Source: Mayamaea pseudoterrestris (Eukaryota). From it: DNA of 64,000 nucleotides. The DNA is taken from contig BROI01000022.1 of NCBI GenBank assembly GCA_027923505.1, forward strand, positions 124,001 to 188,000. The letters run 5' to 3'. Below are positions 46,655 to 58,300 of the stretch, piece by piece. Each line of letters opens with the position of its first letter. Within the stretch, counting starts at the first letter, position 1. The translations under genes and the position numbers were made by a program. The notes below the pieces were generated by a model. That model was not told the origin of the DNA and searched no databases. It saw only the letters and a program-made list of their open reading frames with translations.

Positions 46655-47881
46655 ATGAGTGGATATCGTAGTCTGCATCGCGAGCAAGTTCTATCAAACG
46701 ACGGAAATGATTCCATTTGGACCATTGCTACAACGCCCTTGCTCTGCAAAAGCAAGACCAAGAAGGAGTCGGCATGGAGACTCTGGATGGGATCATCGTC
46801 GAGCGAAAGTATCAAGCTGTTTCGTGTCGAGGAAATTTCTTTGGAAACCAAAGCAGCCGATTTGAATGCGTCTGCCATGCGGCTGCAGTGTACGCATGAG
46901 TTCATTGGGAAGCAGCAGCAAGCAAATCGAAAGCAAAAAGAAGCAACGGACAAAGACGCTAGTTCATCATCAGTTGCAATATCATTTGGCTGCTCGAGTA
47001 TATCGATTGTTAGAAACTACATTGGACAGGACGATGATGCTGGAGACTACTTAATCATGGCCTTGGATTTGGCAGGTCACGTTCGCATGTGGAGTCTGCC
47101 GGAAGATTGGGACGACAATCATGATGCTGCAGTTGCCGAGCGAGACGACAAAACTCCATTCAAGCCATGCCAAGTCAAGGCAGTCTACGAGTTTGATGTA
47201 GACGACGCGACTGGAACGTGTGCGATTCTTTTTCCGCCTCGCATTTCCGGCCAACCGGGCGACGTGTTCGCCGCCATTACATGCTTGGATGGCACCATTG
47301 CCATGGTTGCTACTGGAATAGTAACGCCAAACTACCACAAGGAACCGACAAGTACAGGAACAATCATTGACTCCTATGGAAGTCGGGGCTCGGCACTGGC
47401 AATGAGTCTCTGCTGGCATCCAAAGCAGCAACATTTATTGTGCACCGGTCGAAAAGACGGAAGCATTGACCTATTGACGCAATCACGAAAGAACCAACAT
47501 CGACTGCAACGTCACACAGCGCCTGTTCGTGCTGTCGCATTTACTGATGATGGTCACTTGTTGATATCAGCGAGTGATGCTGGAACAATTTTGATTTGGG
47601 ACGTTACAAGACCAGCTCCAGTGCTTGTCCACCATGTCATGCAGGCTCATAAAAGTTGGATTCTGAATATCGCCACGCTGCCAGATAGTCGCCGGTTTGT
47701 CACGTGTGGAGCCGATCGCAAAATACATGTATGGAGCGTTGGCCAAATGCATCAAGCGGTTCATACCTTTCAAGCCGACGCGGAAATCTGGGCGCTAGCG
47801 CGAGGGCCTGTGCAAAATAGTCCTCGGCTTGTGACAGGGTCGGAGAATGGTCATTTGCAAGTGTATTCTCTAGAAAAATAG
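46655..47881 (+). CDS. WD40-repeat protein, WDR61/Ski8-like
   Basis: WD repeats HTAPVRAVAFTDDGHLLISASDAGTILIWD and AHKSWILNIATLPDSRRFVTCGADRKIHVW. The N-terminal DSIWTI and the terminal VHTF...IW...LVTGSENGHLQVY parallel WDR61. Confidence 0.75.
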   Translation: MSGYRSLHREQVLSNDGNDSIWTIATTPLLCKSKTKKESAWRLWMGSSSSESIKLFRVEEISLETKAADLNASAMRLQCTHEFIGKQQQANRKQKEATDKDASSSSVAISFGCSSISIVRNYIGQDDDAGDYLIMALDLAGHVRMWSLPEDWDDNHDAAVAERDDKTPFKPCQVKAVYEFDVDDATGTCAILFPPRISGQPGDVFAAITCLDGTIAMVATGIVTPNYHKEPTSTGTIIDSYGSRGSALAMSLCWHPKQQHLLCTGRKDGSIDLLTQSRKNQHRLQRHTAPVRAVAFTDDGHLLISASDAGTILIWDVTRPAPVLVHHVMQAHKSWILNIATLPDSRRFVTCGADRKIHVWSVGQMHQAVHTFQADAEIWALARGPVQNSPRLVTGSENGHLQVYSLEK

Positions 47882-47964
47882 TACAAAATAAGAAGTATAG
47901 TGCGGTACGCTATGGTGTTTAACAGCTGCTATGTGTGGTTTGAATACAGCTGCTTAGTACAATC

Positions 47965-50004
47965 TCATTCCTCGTCATCAACTCGCTCAAAGTCGTCCAT
48001 ATCGAATAATTTGGTTGTAAACGTCGTGGAGAAAACAGGGAGCGACACTTTAGGACCAGCTGGCGCAGCAACATCCTTGGGTACTTGTAGAGCCGGAGTT
48101 GTTGCAGTAAACGCTAGCTTCGGTTTCTTGGCAGCTGCACCGGGCGACTTGACCAATGGCAACCGCTCCAGTGGTTGCTGGCTGCTACTGACACTACCAG
48201 ATGAGCCATGCGCCGTCGAATCCTTGGGTGGCGAAGATCCCTTGCGCGCCAACGTTTGCTCCCGCTTGCTTCGGTTCTGTCGCGCTCGCCGTAACAACTT
48301 CTTCATATACTCGATGTCAACCGTCGTTTTCAGATTGGCAGGAAACACCATGATGAGTTCGTCAAACTTTTTGCGCTTTTCGCGATGCGGAGCATACTCG
48401 TGATTGTGCAAGGCCCGCTGCGCCATGGCTTCCGAATCAATCCAGTCATCGTAGGAGCGCGTATAGTCGTCGAGTGTATCGTAGAAGTGACGACTGAGCT
48501 TGTTGTGATCAATTGTATCGTCGTCGGGATCTGGAGGGACTGGAACCGTCGCCTTGAAAATTCCGCCAGGCAAAGTATTCTTGGGTATCTTGACGCGAAG
48601 CTTTTGTCCAGGAACGTGTGGATTGTGGAACAGAATCAAATCGCCCGGATGTTTGTCGGGTGGACATGTAACAGCGACACGCTCACTCGTCTTGCGGCGA
48701 GGCAAGTCGTCGGGTGAGCAATTCTTAATCATGGCTACAAGCTCATCATAGTAGTGCATGGCCTTGGCCTTGCGTTCGGCCGTAACGGCGGATTGTTCGT
48801 GCATGGTGTCATCGTTCTGTTGCTGTGGCGACGCGGCGGCAGCAGCAGCAGCGTTGTCGGATGCTGCAGTAGCGCTAGAAAGCTTTTGCTTTGCGATTGG
48901 CTGATGGTTCTCCAGACCCTTGACAACATTTGGTTGCTTCTTGCTTGCTTTGATAGATGCAATGGATAATGCTGGTGACTTTGCTGCACTCGACGCAGTA
49001 GCAGCAGCTGCTACTTTCTTCTTGTTGCCATTCGCCGTGGCGGCTGTAACATTCGACTTGTTGGACGAGACCGATTTGCCATCGCCAATCTCTATCTTCG
49101 CCTTGGGTTTTCGCTGACGTTTCTTGGGCGAGACGTTGGTATCCGTGAGCGGATCATACGTCTCCGTCGTCCATTCGGTTTCTTCCACTTCAAGCGTTCC
49201 AACATTGACAAAGAACTCGTCCGCATCTTGTTCATTCTGTAGCTCCATTTTCGTGGTCGTTGACTGCGCCATGACTTGCTCTGCCACGGTTCGACGCAGG
49301 TCCGAGTCATCAAAGAAACTGGTTTCACTGTAGACGGATCCAGCGCCTTCGTCGTCATCGCCTACTCCATTGTTAATGTTACGGTCGTCGTCATCATTCA
49401 CCATGACGCCCTGCACATATTTTGCTTCCAAATAGTCATACATATTGCCAAAGTCGCTGCGACGCGGCATGATGGACTGCGGTCGCAGCTCCTCGCGAGT
49501 CCGTCGCTTGCGCTTCTTGCCCGCCGGTTGAGTTGACGCGTCGGCTGCGTCTGGTGAAGTGACATTATTGTTTGCAGCATCGGCCATGGAATCGTCATCG
49601 CTGTCGCCGTCACCGTCTATACCATCACCAGGCATTTTCTTCTCTTCGCTGCTAGTCTTGACATTCGTTGGTAGAGTAGTATTTGCGACATTGACGGAAG
49701 GAATTGATTGCTGAAGGGCGGCAAGCCGACGCTCGCGGGTTCGTTTCATGGCGACTCCAACATCAGCCGTCACATTGAGAGGAACTTCGAACGAAATGGC
49801 GTCGCGCAAGTAACGTCGATGATTTTGTTTGCGAAAGGATTGTTTCGTCGCTCGACTCGTTGACTCATTGAGAGGTGCGTCCTCAACTGCACCTTCATGA
49901 GCGGATCCAGAAATGAATGACGTTTCGGAAGCAGCGACAGCTGAGGCGTCATGGCCATTCATAGCTTCTGCTTTCTCAAGAATCATGTCTGAGGTATTAT
50001 CCAT
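47965..50004 (-). CDS. HPC2/ubinuclein-like protein with an HRD (HUN) domain; putative HIRA complex subunit
   Basis: YDYLEAKY...SVYSETSFFDDSDL...FFVNVGTLEV resembles the HRD pattern (Y..DSFIDxSE...FYINSGTL). Basic NLS-like segments are present. Confidence 0.65.
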   Translation of the reverse strand: MDNTSDMILEKAEAMNGHDASAVAASETSFISGSAHEGAVEDAPLNESTSRATKQSFRKQNHRRYLRDAISFEVPLNVTADVGVAMKRTRERRLAALQQSIPSVNVANTTLPTNVKTSSEEKKMPGDGIDGDGDSDDDSMADAANNNVTSPDAADASTQPAGKKRKRRTREELRPQSIMPRRSDFGNMYDYLEAKYVQGVMVNDDDDRNINNGVGDDDEGAGSVYSETSFFDDSDLRRTVAEQVMAQSTTTKMELQNEQDADEFFVNVGTLEVEETEWTTETYDPLTDTNVSPKKRQRKPKAKIEIGDGKSVSSNKSNVTAATANGNKKKVAAAATASSAAKSPALSIASIKASKKQPNVVKGLENHQPIAKQKLSSATAASDNAAAAAAASPQQQNDDTMHEQSAVTAERKAKAMHYYDELVAMIKNCSPDDLPRRKTSERVAVTCPPDKHPGDLILFHNPHVPGQKLRVKIPKNTLPGGIFKATVPVPPDPDDDTIDHNKLSRHFYDTLDDYTRSYDDWIDSEAMAQRALHNHEYAPHREKRKKFDELIMVFPANLKTTVDIEYMKKLLRRARQNRSKREQTLARKGSSPPKDSTAHGSSGSVSSSQQPLERLPLVKSPGAAAKKPKLAFTATTPALQVPKDVAAPAGPKVSLPVFSTTFTTKLFDMDDFERVDDEE

Positions 50005-50426
50005 TGTCTCCTTTAATGTTAGATCTAAAATAGTTTCTTTGCGTGGAGTGAATGCGCTTGAATCGGCAATCTAATCAAGCTCGTGGATCATCATGGCGAA
50101 GCGCGACGTGAAAACGTGGCGGCGCCGATCATGTGTCGTATCGGTTTTAAATGTTTGTAAGTCATCATGTCGCAACACGATTAATGACTCACGGGAGTCA
50201 TTACTGCGTTTGTATTCATTGGCAAGTTCAAGGAAATGAGTCATGATTCAAGTCCCACTTTCACACTCCGACCGCTGCTTCGCGTCGACGTGCTGCCATT
50301 TATTTTTTTGAATCGACGGTGAAGTGTCGTTTGATTGCTTCCCAAGGGCGGGTATAGAACTGCAGGACTCTCTATATCGTTACACTGGTAGAGCTAGTCG
50401 TAGCGGCAGATAGACAAGAGACGATT

Positions 50427-52575
50427 ATGAAGCAAGCGAACAACGGAACGAAACCAGAAGCGGAGATACGTTCCGCAGCCGCAGCATCGCCTCCGCCACA
50501 AGACGAGCGCAACGTTTCGGATGAGAGCCTTCCTAAGTGGCGATACCATGCGCCAAAAGTAGAGGATCGCGAGTATCTACTAGGTGAGGATGCACTGACG
50601 CCTCCTGATCTTGACAGTCCGACGGCTCCAAATCTAGGATCATATACACGAAAGAATGTGACAAACATTGACGTTGATCCAATGGCACGAGCCTATTTCG
50701 ACGTTGGATTGCGTCTCATGTTGTCCTATCAGCATGAGATTGCCAGCAAATGCTTTTTGGCGGCTGTTCAGATGGCGCCATATTGCGCCTTGGCGCATGG
50801 ACTCATTTCGCTTTGTCACAGGTGCGTTTCTGAAAGCCGAGGAAGCTGATGGATGCAACATGATTAAGTATTACAACAGCATGCAACTAATTTTTCATAT
50901 CTCATGCTTGTAACACAGTCCTAATTACAATTTTAAGGGTGAACCGTACTACGAATCGACCTGTCACACTGACGAGGCGACCAAGCCAGACTTGATTTGT
51001 GTCTTTCCCTCGCAGCACGTAGCCGATCGGCACTCCAAGCAAGCTATAGAAACTATTGAAACCATTCGTCGCTTGCATCGGAATAGCAAAAAGAAGAGCA
51101 GCAGTAACAAGAAGGGAAATAACAAAAAGTCGGGCGCTGGCAAGCAAGACGATAATGATAATGCGAGCAACGATGGCAGCGACAGTATCAGCAATACACT
51201 CCCTGACATTATCGGCATTGCCGAAACGCAATTACTTACAGCAATCCGCGTCTTGACGTGCTTGCCGGGCGTCAGTCCATCGCTATCCGTCGAATTGGTT
51301 GGTCGTCCGTACGCTGACGCCATGCGGGCTGTCTACGACAAGTTTCCGCATGACCCAGAGATTGTATATTGCTTTGCCGAAGCACTCATGGTACTCAATG
51401 CATGGTGTTTATACGAATTTCCATCCGGCAAACCAGTTAGTCCCGATGTGGAGGAGACTCGCGTCGTCTTGGAACGAGCCCTACAGGAGCACCCTCACCA
51501 TGCTGGACTATGTCATCTTTATGTTCACTTGTCGGAAATGTCGGCGCATCCGGAATTGGCTTTAAAGGCATGCAAACCATTGCGTTCCGAGTTCCCCGAT
51601 GCGGGTCACTTGCTGCACATGGGTACTCACATTGATGTATTGGTGGGTGACTATGAGAGCTGCATTGCATTCAATCAGGCGGCCATTTTGGCCGACAAGC
51701 ATTTGATGGCATACAGTCCAGCGACGGCTGGCAAGGAGTCGTTCTACTTTGGATATATTGTGCATAACTATCACATGCTTGTGTTTGGTGCAATTCTTGG
51801 CGGCATGGAGGGACAAGCTATGCTTGCGGCGCAAGAGTTGAACCAAGTTATTACGGAACGCATGTTCGAAGAACACCCTGACTTGGCGGCATATTTGGAA
51901 AGCTATTCGGCGCTGGATGTACACATTCTGGTGCGGTTTGGTCGCTGGAAGGAAATACTGGAATTGGAGCTGCCAAAGAACAAGCAGCTCATGTTGTTTC
52001 GTACAGCGTCCATTCGATATGCGCGTGGATTGGCCTTTGCGGCCGACGATGATATTGTGGAAGCAAAGCGAGAGGCGGATCGACTTGATACCTTGCGCAA
52101 CATGCCCGAGACGGACCATCGCATTTTGCACAATAACAGCGTTGACAGGCTACTGGCGGTTGATGCCGTCATGTTGCGAGGCGAGATTGCTTATCGGGAA
52201 GGGAGTTTTGACGTTGCGTTTGGCATGTTGCGGAAGGGAGTGGAGATGCAAGACAATTTGAATTATGACGAGCCGTGGGGCAAGATGCAACCAATTCGGC
52301 ATGCGCTAGGCGGCCTGCTACTTGAGCAGGGACATGTTGATGAGGCGAGTGACGTATTTCGGTTGGATCTTAAGTTTCATCCCAAGAATCCGTTTGCGTT
52401 GGTTGGGCTCATTGGCTGTTTGAAACGATCCATTGGATGCTGCTCGAGCAAAGGTAACACGGCGGACAAGGAAGCGGAGATTGCTGAGCTGGAAGAGCAG
52501 CTCATGGAGCAACGAAGCCTTCCATGGGCCGACTTTGACGTTGCTGTCGCCTGCGAATGTTGTCAGAGGGCGTGA
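50427..52575 (+). CDS. TPR-repeat protein with conserved His motifs; exons 50427-50821 and 50919-52575
   Basis: A GTGCG...CAG intron (50822-50918) gives an in-frame CHS-PNYN join. Helical repeats and the motifs HAGLCHLYVHLSE, DAGHLLHMGTHID, HNYH and LNYDEPWGKMQPIRHALG. Confidence 0.8.
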
Positions 52576-52777
52576 TGCTTTGATCTAATGCTTTGTAATA
52601 ATAAGATGTAGTTGCTGCGTTACAATACTGCGTTACAATACGTACTATGCTTTGGCAAGGTTCGAAATGCTTGCAGCATTTTCAATTCAATCAACTTATT
52701 CTTTGTTTCATACAAATAAACGCACCGCTCGAGTGTAACCATTGCTCAAGCCATCCATCATCCATCATAATTGTCCC

Positions 52778-54998
52778 TTATTTGTAATACTCATCGACGA
52801 CTCGTTCCGTGGTGACCTCCTCGTCGCATTCAGATCCCAAATTGGCGGCAGCTAGACGCTCAAGAATGTCAATCAGCTTGGCATCGTCATCAAGCCCCAT
52901 GCCGTGGAGCTCATTCAGTTGCAATGTCCAGCGATCCATCTGAGCGTGGTTGACCGATCCAGGATTTGTCGGGACCGATATGTTCGACGGAGTGAGGCTA
53001 GGACCATCACTTGAAGATGAGTTAGACTGCGACTGACTGTGAATCATGTCGCTCTGAAATAAGGCCGACCCAATCACATGCGCAGCGCGCGCCAAACCTT
53101 CGTCATTCGCAAACTGCTCCTCGTCAACAACCCAGCTTCCTTGGCTCAACTCTTCGTCATCGCTTGCATCCTCCGCCTCAACAATCTCGGCACCCTTGGC
53201 TGGTGCGATGACAATCTCTCCCTCCTCCGATGAAGCATCACTCACCAAGGCACGATCAAATTCATTGTTAAAGTCGTCGATAGCGGCAGCAAACTTGTCA
53301 AGCGTCGAGCCTACCAGCTTGGCGATATCGCCGTTTCCTTCCGCCTCGTCCTCAAAAGACGTGTCGCTCATCTTTGACGGAGACGCAGGCGGTGCCGACG
53401 GCGTCGCCTTGGGAGCAACTTCCTCCATCAAGACAGGCTTGTCGACAAGTTGCTTCGGCAGGGTAACATCAGTCTTAATGTCAATGACAGGCAACTCAAT
53501 CGTCGACTCGTTCTCAGTCGACTCGACCGGAGCCGATGGAACCACGACAGGAGCCGCAGCCTTCTCGTCACTCCCATCATTCTGCAACGTACTAGTGACA
53601 TTCTCCGTGTTGCCATCAACAACTCCGTCATCGGGCTTTTTGAGGTCGCTCAAGCTACGACGAATCGCTTCCTTGAGGGCCAAATCAACCTCCTCTCGAC
53701 TAGGTCCTTCCTGCATCGAGACGCACCCAAAGTCTGGACCGCGTCCCCAACGGCGATGCGGGCCGCACCGTCCGTGACGACCAGGGCGCTGGTGGTGATG
53801 AGGACCAACATGATGCGGTCCATGATGGGGAAAACCGTGACGGTTATGCGACGGACCGCATCGCGGAGGATTTTGGTGAGCCAATTGTCCCCAGCGTCCA
53901 TGGCGGCGATGCCAGCGTTCCTGAAAGGCGCGATCGCGATCTGTTTCAAACCATATTTATACAGCTAAGTTAAGTTCAAGTTGTTTCAAAGTAGACAATC
54001 CAAACAAAACTCGCAATAGAAACGTACCAAGCTCGACCGGTTCAAACTGCAAAACATCACCCTTGTAATTATTGCGGCAATTGGCGCAAAGGTCATAGTC
54101 CGGCATGTTGACCGCATGAAAGCGCTGTCCAATAATGGGTGTAGTCAAGCATCCATCGCATGTATGGCGGCCGTGAATAAAGGGACGATCCGGCTCAACA
54201 AGAGGCTGCGACTCGGCGGTTAACGAAGCATCAACGGTAGCAGCAGAAGCAGCAGCAGTTGCGTTCGAGGCCTCCGCAGCCCTCGACGGACCGGATCCTC
54301 GAACTTGAAGGTGCATGACGGCCGGAATGCTTGCAATCTGCGCAATGACACTCTCCAAAACGTGCTGAATGTGAGGAGGTGCATCCTGAATGAAGCTGCT
54401 GCCCGAAACATTGCATGGAGCAGGCGCTGCAGCAACTGTCGGTTCACTAGCCGGAACCTCCGAAACACGAACAGACGACGCAACGGAGCGTCCATCAGGA
54501 TCTTCAATTCCATCACGCTGCTCAACTCCAGCCATAATCTTGATGGATCCCTTGGGTTCGTGCATCTTGAGCGCATCCATTAGTTCCTCCGACGATCCAA
54601 TCATGACCTTGTCTCCATCAGTATCCAAGTAAATGAAATTAATGCGATATCCAGCAATGGACGTTGGCAAAACTTCCGCATTCGAATAAGTTTGAACCGC
54701 ATAAAGCTTCAATACGTGGAACAAATTTTCATTGTACTTGGCGTGATGCGACAAATTGACGCGACGATAAATCACATCGTCTCCTGTAGTCGCAAAGAGG
54801 AGAACAAATATTGCCAGCAAGCATACAAAGGATTAGATTTACATGCAAACCAGCCAAACGTGCGCGCTCGCTGCATCCTGGAACAGAATCTTGCGTCTTG
54901 CGTCGGTTCGCTCTCGCTCATATCCCTGATTTTCACTCACCGTCCTTCTTCTCCACACCCAGCTTGACGACAACCTTTTGCGCAAGGACGCTCATCAT
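52778..54998 (-). CDS. NBR1/p62-like selective autophagy receptor (PB1, ZZ zinc finger, UIM-like helix, C-terminal UBA-like); exons 54998-54941, 54783-54028, 53940-52778
   Basis: PB1 acidic motif YLDTDGDKVMIGSSEELMDAL. ZZ finger HGRHTCDGCLTTPIIGQRFHAVNMPDYDLCANC. UIM-like LALKEAIRRSL. UBA-like WTLQLNELHGMGL. Two phase-1 GT-AG introns restore one continuous frame. Confidence 0.8.
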
Positions 54999-55360
54999 GT
55001 TGCAATACGAACAAGGAAAGGCACTCCAACTTGTGTGACTTGTTCCGTGTGATGAACGGCAACCAGATTTTGTGTGTGCTGTTGTGTCACGCTGGATGTC
55101 ACCAGTTCCGCGATGATCCGCGAGGATTCCAAGCGTCACCCCCGGCCCCCAAGCGAACCCCCCAGATGGATGCGATCTTTTCGAGTAGGCGTTTGTGCTT
55201 CGTTGACAGCGCAATTGAAAAGCACCTAAAGTATCGTAGCGGTTATGAGGAACAAGCCGCTCATTCTTTCATCCCTCGCTGGTGCAACACGATCACTTTT
55301 TCTCGCATACTCCCTACCGTAGCACTTTCCTTCAAACATTACACTACTGGAACCATTCCA

Positions 55361-58300
55361 ATGACAATAAATGAGAGTAGGAGACGAATCAGGAGACGAA
55401 GACTACCGGTAGCGAGGATTGGTTTCCATCTACTTGTGACAGCAAGCTCCTTGCTGCTTTGCCTCACGTCATCGTCTCGACGATGCATGGTTCGAGGGAG
55501 TAGTAGCAGTGAAGAAGATGCGGTAGACAATGAGCCATCCGAAAGACTACAGCGGTTTGTCGACTTTGCTACCGCCGAAAATGCTCGTTCGAAACCAAAC
55601 CTCCGAAGACAGCTACTGCACTATAGCCTCTTTCATCATTTATACAATCGTTTATCCGAGGAACAAAGTGTAAACGAGTCAATTCATACAAATTCCACAT
55701 CAAGTATTGAAGGCCTCGCCGAGCAATACTTTCTCTCCTATGCTCAAGCTGCGCGTCATCGCTCGCACTCACCAGGCAAACCTGATCGGACGCACTCGCT
55801 GCACGCTTCATTACCTCCCTTTCCAAACTCGCTCCGACAAGATGCATTACATCGAATACGTTCCATGTTTACTCACGCCTACGACTCGTACATGTACAAT
55901 GCATATCCAGCGCCAGAACTAAAGCCACTATCATGCGCACCAGGACATTTCAAACTGGTGGAACTGCAAGGACTCACGCTCATTGACACACTCGATATGC
56001 TTGTCATTATGAACAACTTTACAGAGTTTGCACGAGCCACAGAGCGAATTAAGCAACTGCACGCAAACAAGAGCATTTTTCACGTTGACCAAAACGTTTC
56101 CGTCTTTGAAACAAACATTAGAGTGGTTGGCGGCTTGGTTTCAGCGCATCAACTTGCACAAGCATACTTGAATGATAAAGTCGCGTATGATACAGTGTTT
56201 GGCGTTGATGGCAATGTACTATGGGATTATCATGAGTCTAGTAACGAATTGGATACGCGAGACGTGGACGCCGCAGCTTCATCTTCATTCACTTGCTCCT
56301 CCAGTCACAACATTGTCGGAACTGCTTCTGCTACTTGCCAATCCACTCTGCGGAGCGAGTTAACGTATCTACACTCTACAACGAATGCAACACATGACAC
56401 ATGCTCGGCTCGCTATTGGAAATATGACGGCTTGTTTCTAGACATGGCCATTGACATTGGTGAACGACTGTTGCCTGCATTTGACACCAAGACTGGTATT
56501 CCATACGGAACAGTTAATCTCTTGTATGGCGTACCGCAAGGAGAAACAACCATAGCTTCCCTTGCGGGTGGTGGTACGCTGACTTTGGAAATGGAACTAT
56601 TGTCGCGATACTCCGGCAATGATCGGTTTGGCAAGGCGGCCAAGCGGGCGACGAGAGCACTATTTATGCGCAGGCATCCATCGACGCAACTCTATGGCAA
56701 GCACATTGACATTCAAAGCGGACATTGGACTGAAACTTTGTCAGGCATTGGAAGTAATAGTGACTCCTTTTACGAATACTTGGCCAAGCATTACATGCTG
56801 TTTCCCGAGGATGCAGACTTCTGGACCATGCTGCAGTCGGCATACACTGGCATTTATAATCATTCACGAACAGGCGAGTGGTATCCAGACGTTGACATGA
56901 CGACTGGAACTGGACACGGCGGTGGACATGCGCACGTGAGACAAGTACTTGAATCGCTCATGGCTTTTTATCCTGGCCTGCAAGTGCTGCTAGGTGAAGT
57001 AACTCCAGCGGCTCGCACGCTGAATAGCATGTTCATTGTGAGAGAAATGCTAGGCTTTTTACCTGAAAGGTTTCACTTTGGTTTGTGGAAACCTGACGTT
57101 GGGCGAGGGGCAGCCAAGCATCCACTCCGACCCGAGTTACTGGAGAGTTGCTACTTTATGCATCGAGCCACCAAGGATTTGACGCCGCCTTTACGACGGA
57201 GGACTGCCAGAGGCGATGCGCGACAATCAACATCATCTGATGGTCATTCGGGATGGCAGTGGGCGGCTGACTTTGCTTTGCGCAAATTGGATCGGATGAC
57301 GCGCGTTTATTGTGGTTTCGCCAGTGTGCATTCCATTTCACCCGAGACGACTGGTCAGATTGGAGCACCCTTGAACGAAGAGTATCTATACGACGAGATG
57401 CCAAGTTTTTTTCTAAGCGAAACCTTAAAGTACTTATACTTAACTTTTGATGATGGCAATCTACTGCACACTGACGACGACCGCGATTGGATATTTACGA
57501 CGGAAGCCCATCCAGTTCACAGTATGCCAAAGGTTGAGCTGTCCAAAGATGTTCCTAAATATATGGACCAGCAAGTTGAATCGCTCACAAGGCTACTCAA
57601 AGACCGCTTGCACAGGCGTCGTCAACAAAGAAAAGTTGGTAGCTATCAGGGCGATTTTTGGAGTGAACAAACGACATTGCAAGCCTACGCCAAGGACCTG
57701 TCGGTCGTTGAACGTAACGCTGCTATGCAACGAATCAACATTGCGAACGAATCAGACTTTTTCTTTGACAAGCGGCATCTCGTTTCTTCCTTCGTGCCAG
57801 TTGAATTGACTTTTGGTGAACACATTGACGCAGATTTTAAGCAGGAGCAAAATCTCGCACATCTAGCTTTGAAAAATTTGGGTGTAGGACCAGGAACGTT
57901 ATTGCGCAAGGCATGTCCGAATGTACACTCCTCTGAGCTATTGTGGATGCATGCCTTGAATGGAGGAGCCACCGACTATTCGGAAACGTACATGTCGGTC
58001 AACTCGGATGATATTCGCGATCACCCGAACAATTTTGTTAGTTTAAGCGCTATGGAAGCCCTTGGCGTCCTTGGAAGCGGTCAGATGTATGCTAATAAGA
58101 TGCATGGGTCGCTAGAGGCGTGTCCGATAAAGAGGAAACAGCAATCTGGAGAGGCCGATTCGTTTAGCAAAAATGAGACTGATGAAGCGGGGGCAAATAT
58201 TGCCGACCGAACTACACCAGCATCAACCTTACAACGCATTACAAGCTCTCTCGGGGAATTTGATGTCGAGGCATATCCTGGAGGCGAAGGATTTTCCATA

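Noticed and set aside
47965..50004. Functional link between the histone-chaperone-like gene and the adjacent satellite
   Set aside because: Only proximity supports it; nothing in the sequence indicates a link.
52615..52641. 13-bp tandem duplication CTGCGTTACAATA in a 3' intergenic region
   Set aside because: A trivial slippage duplication.
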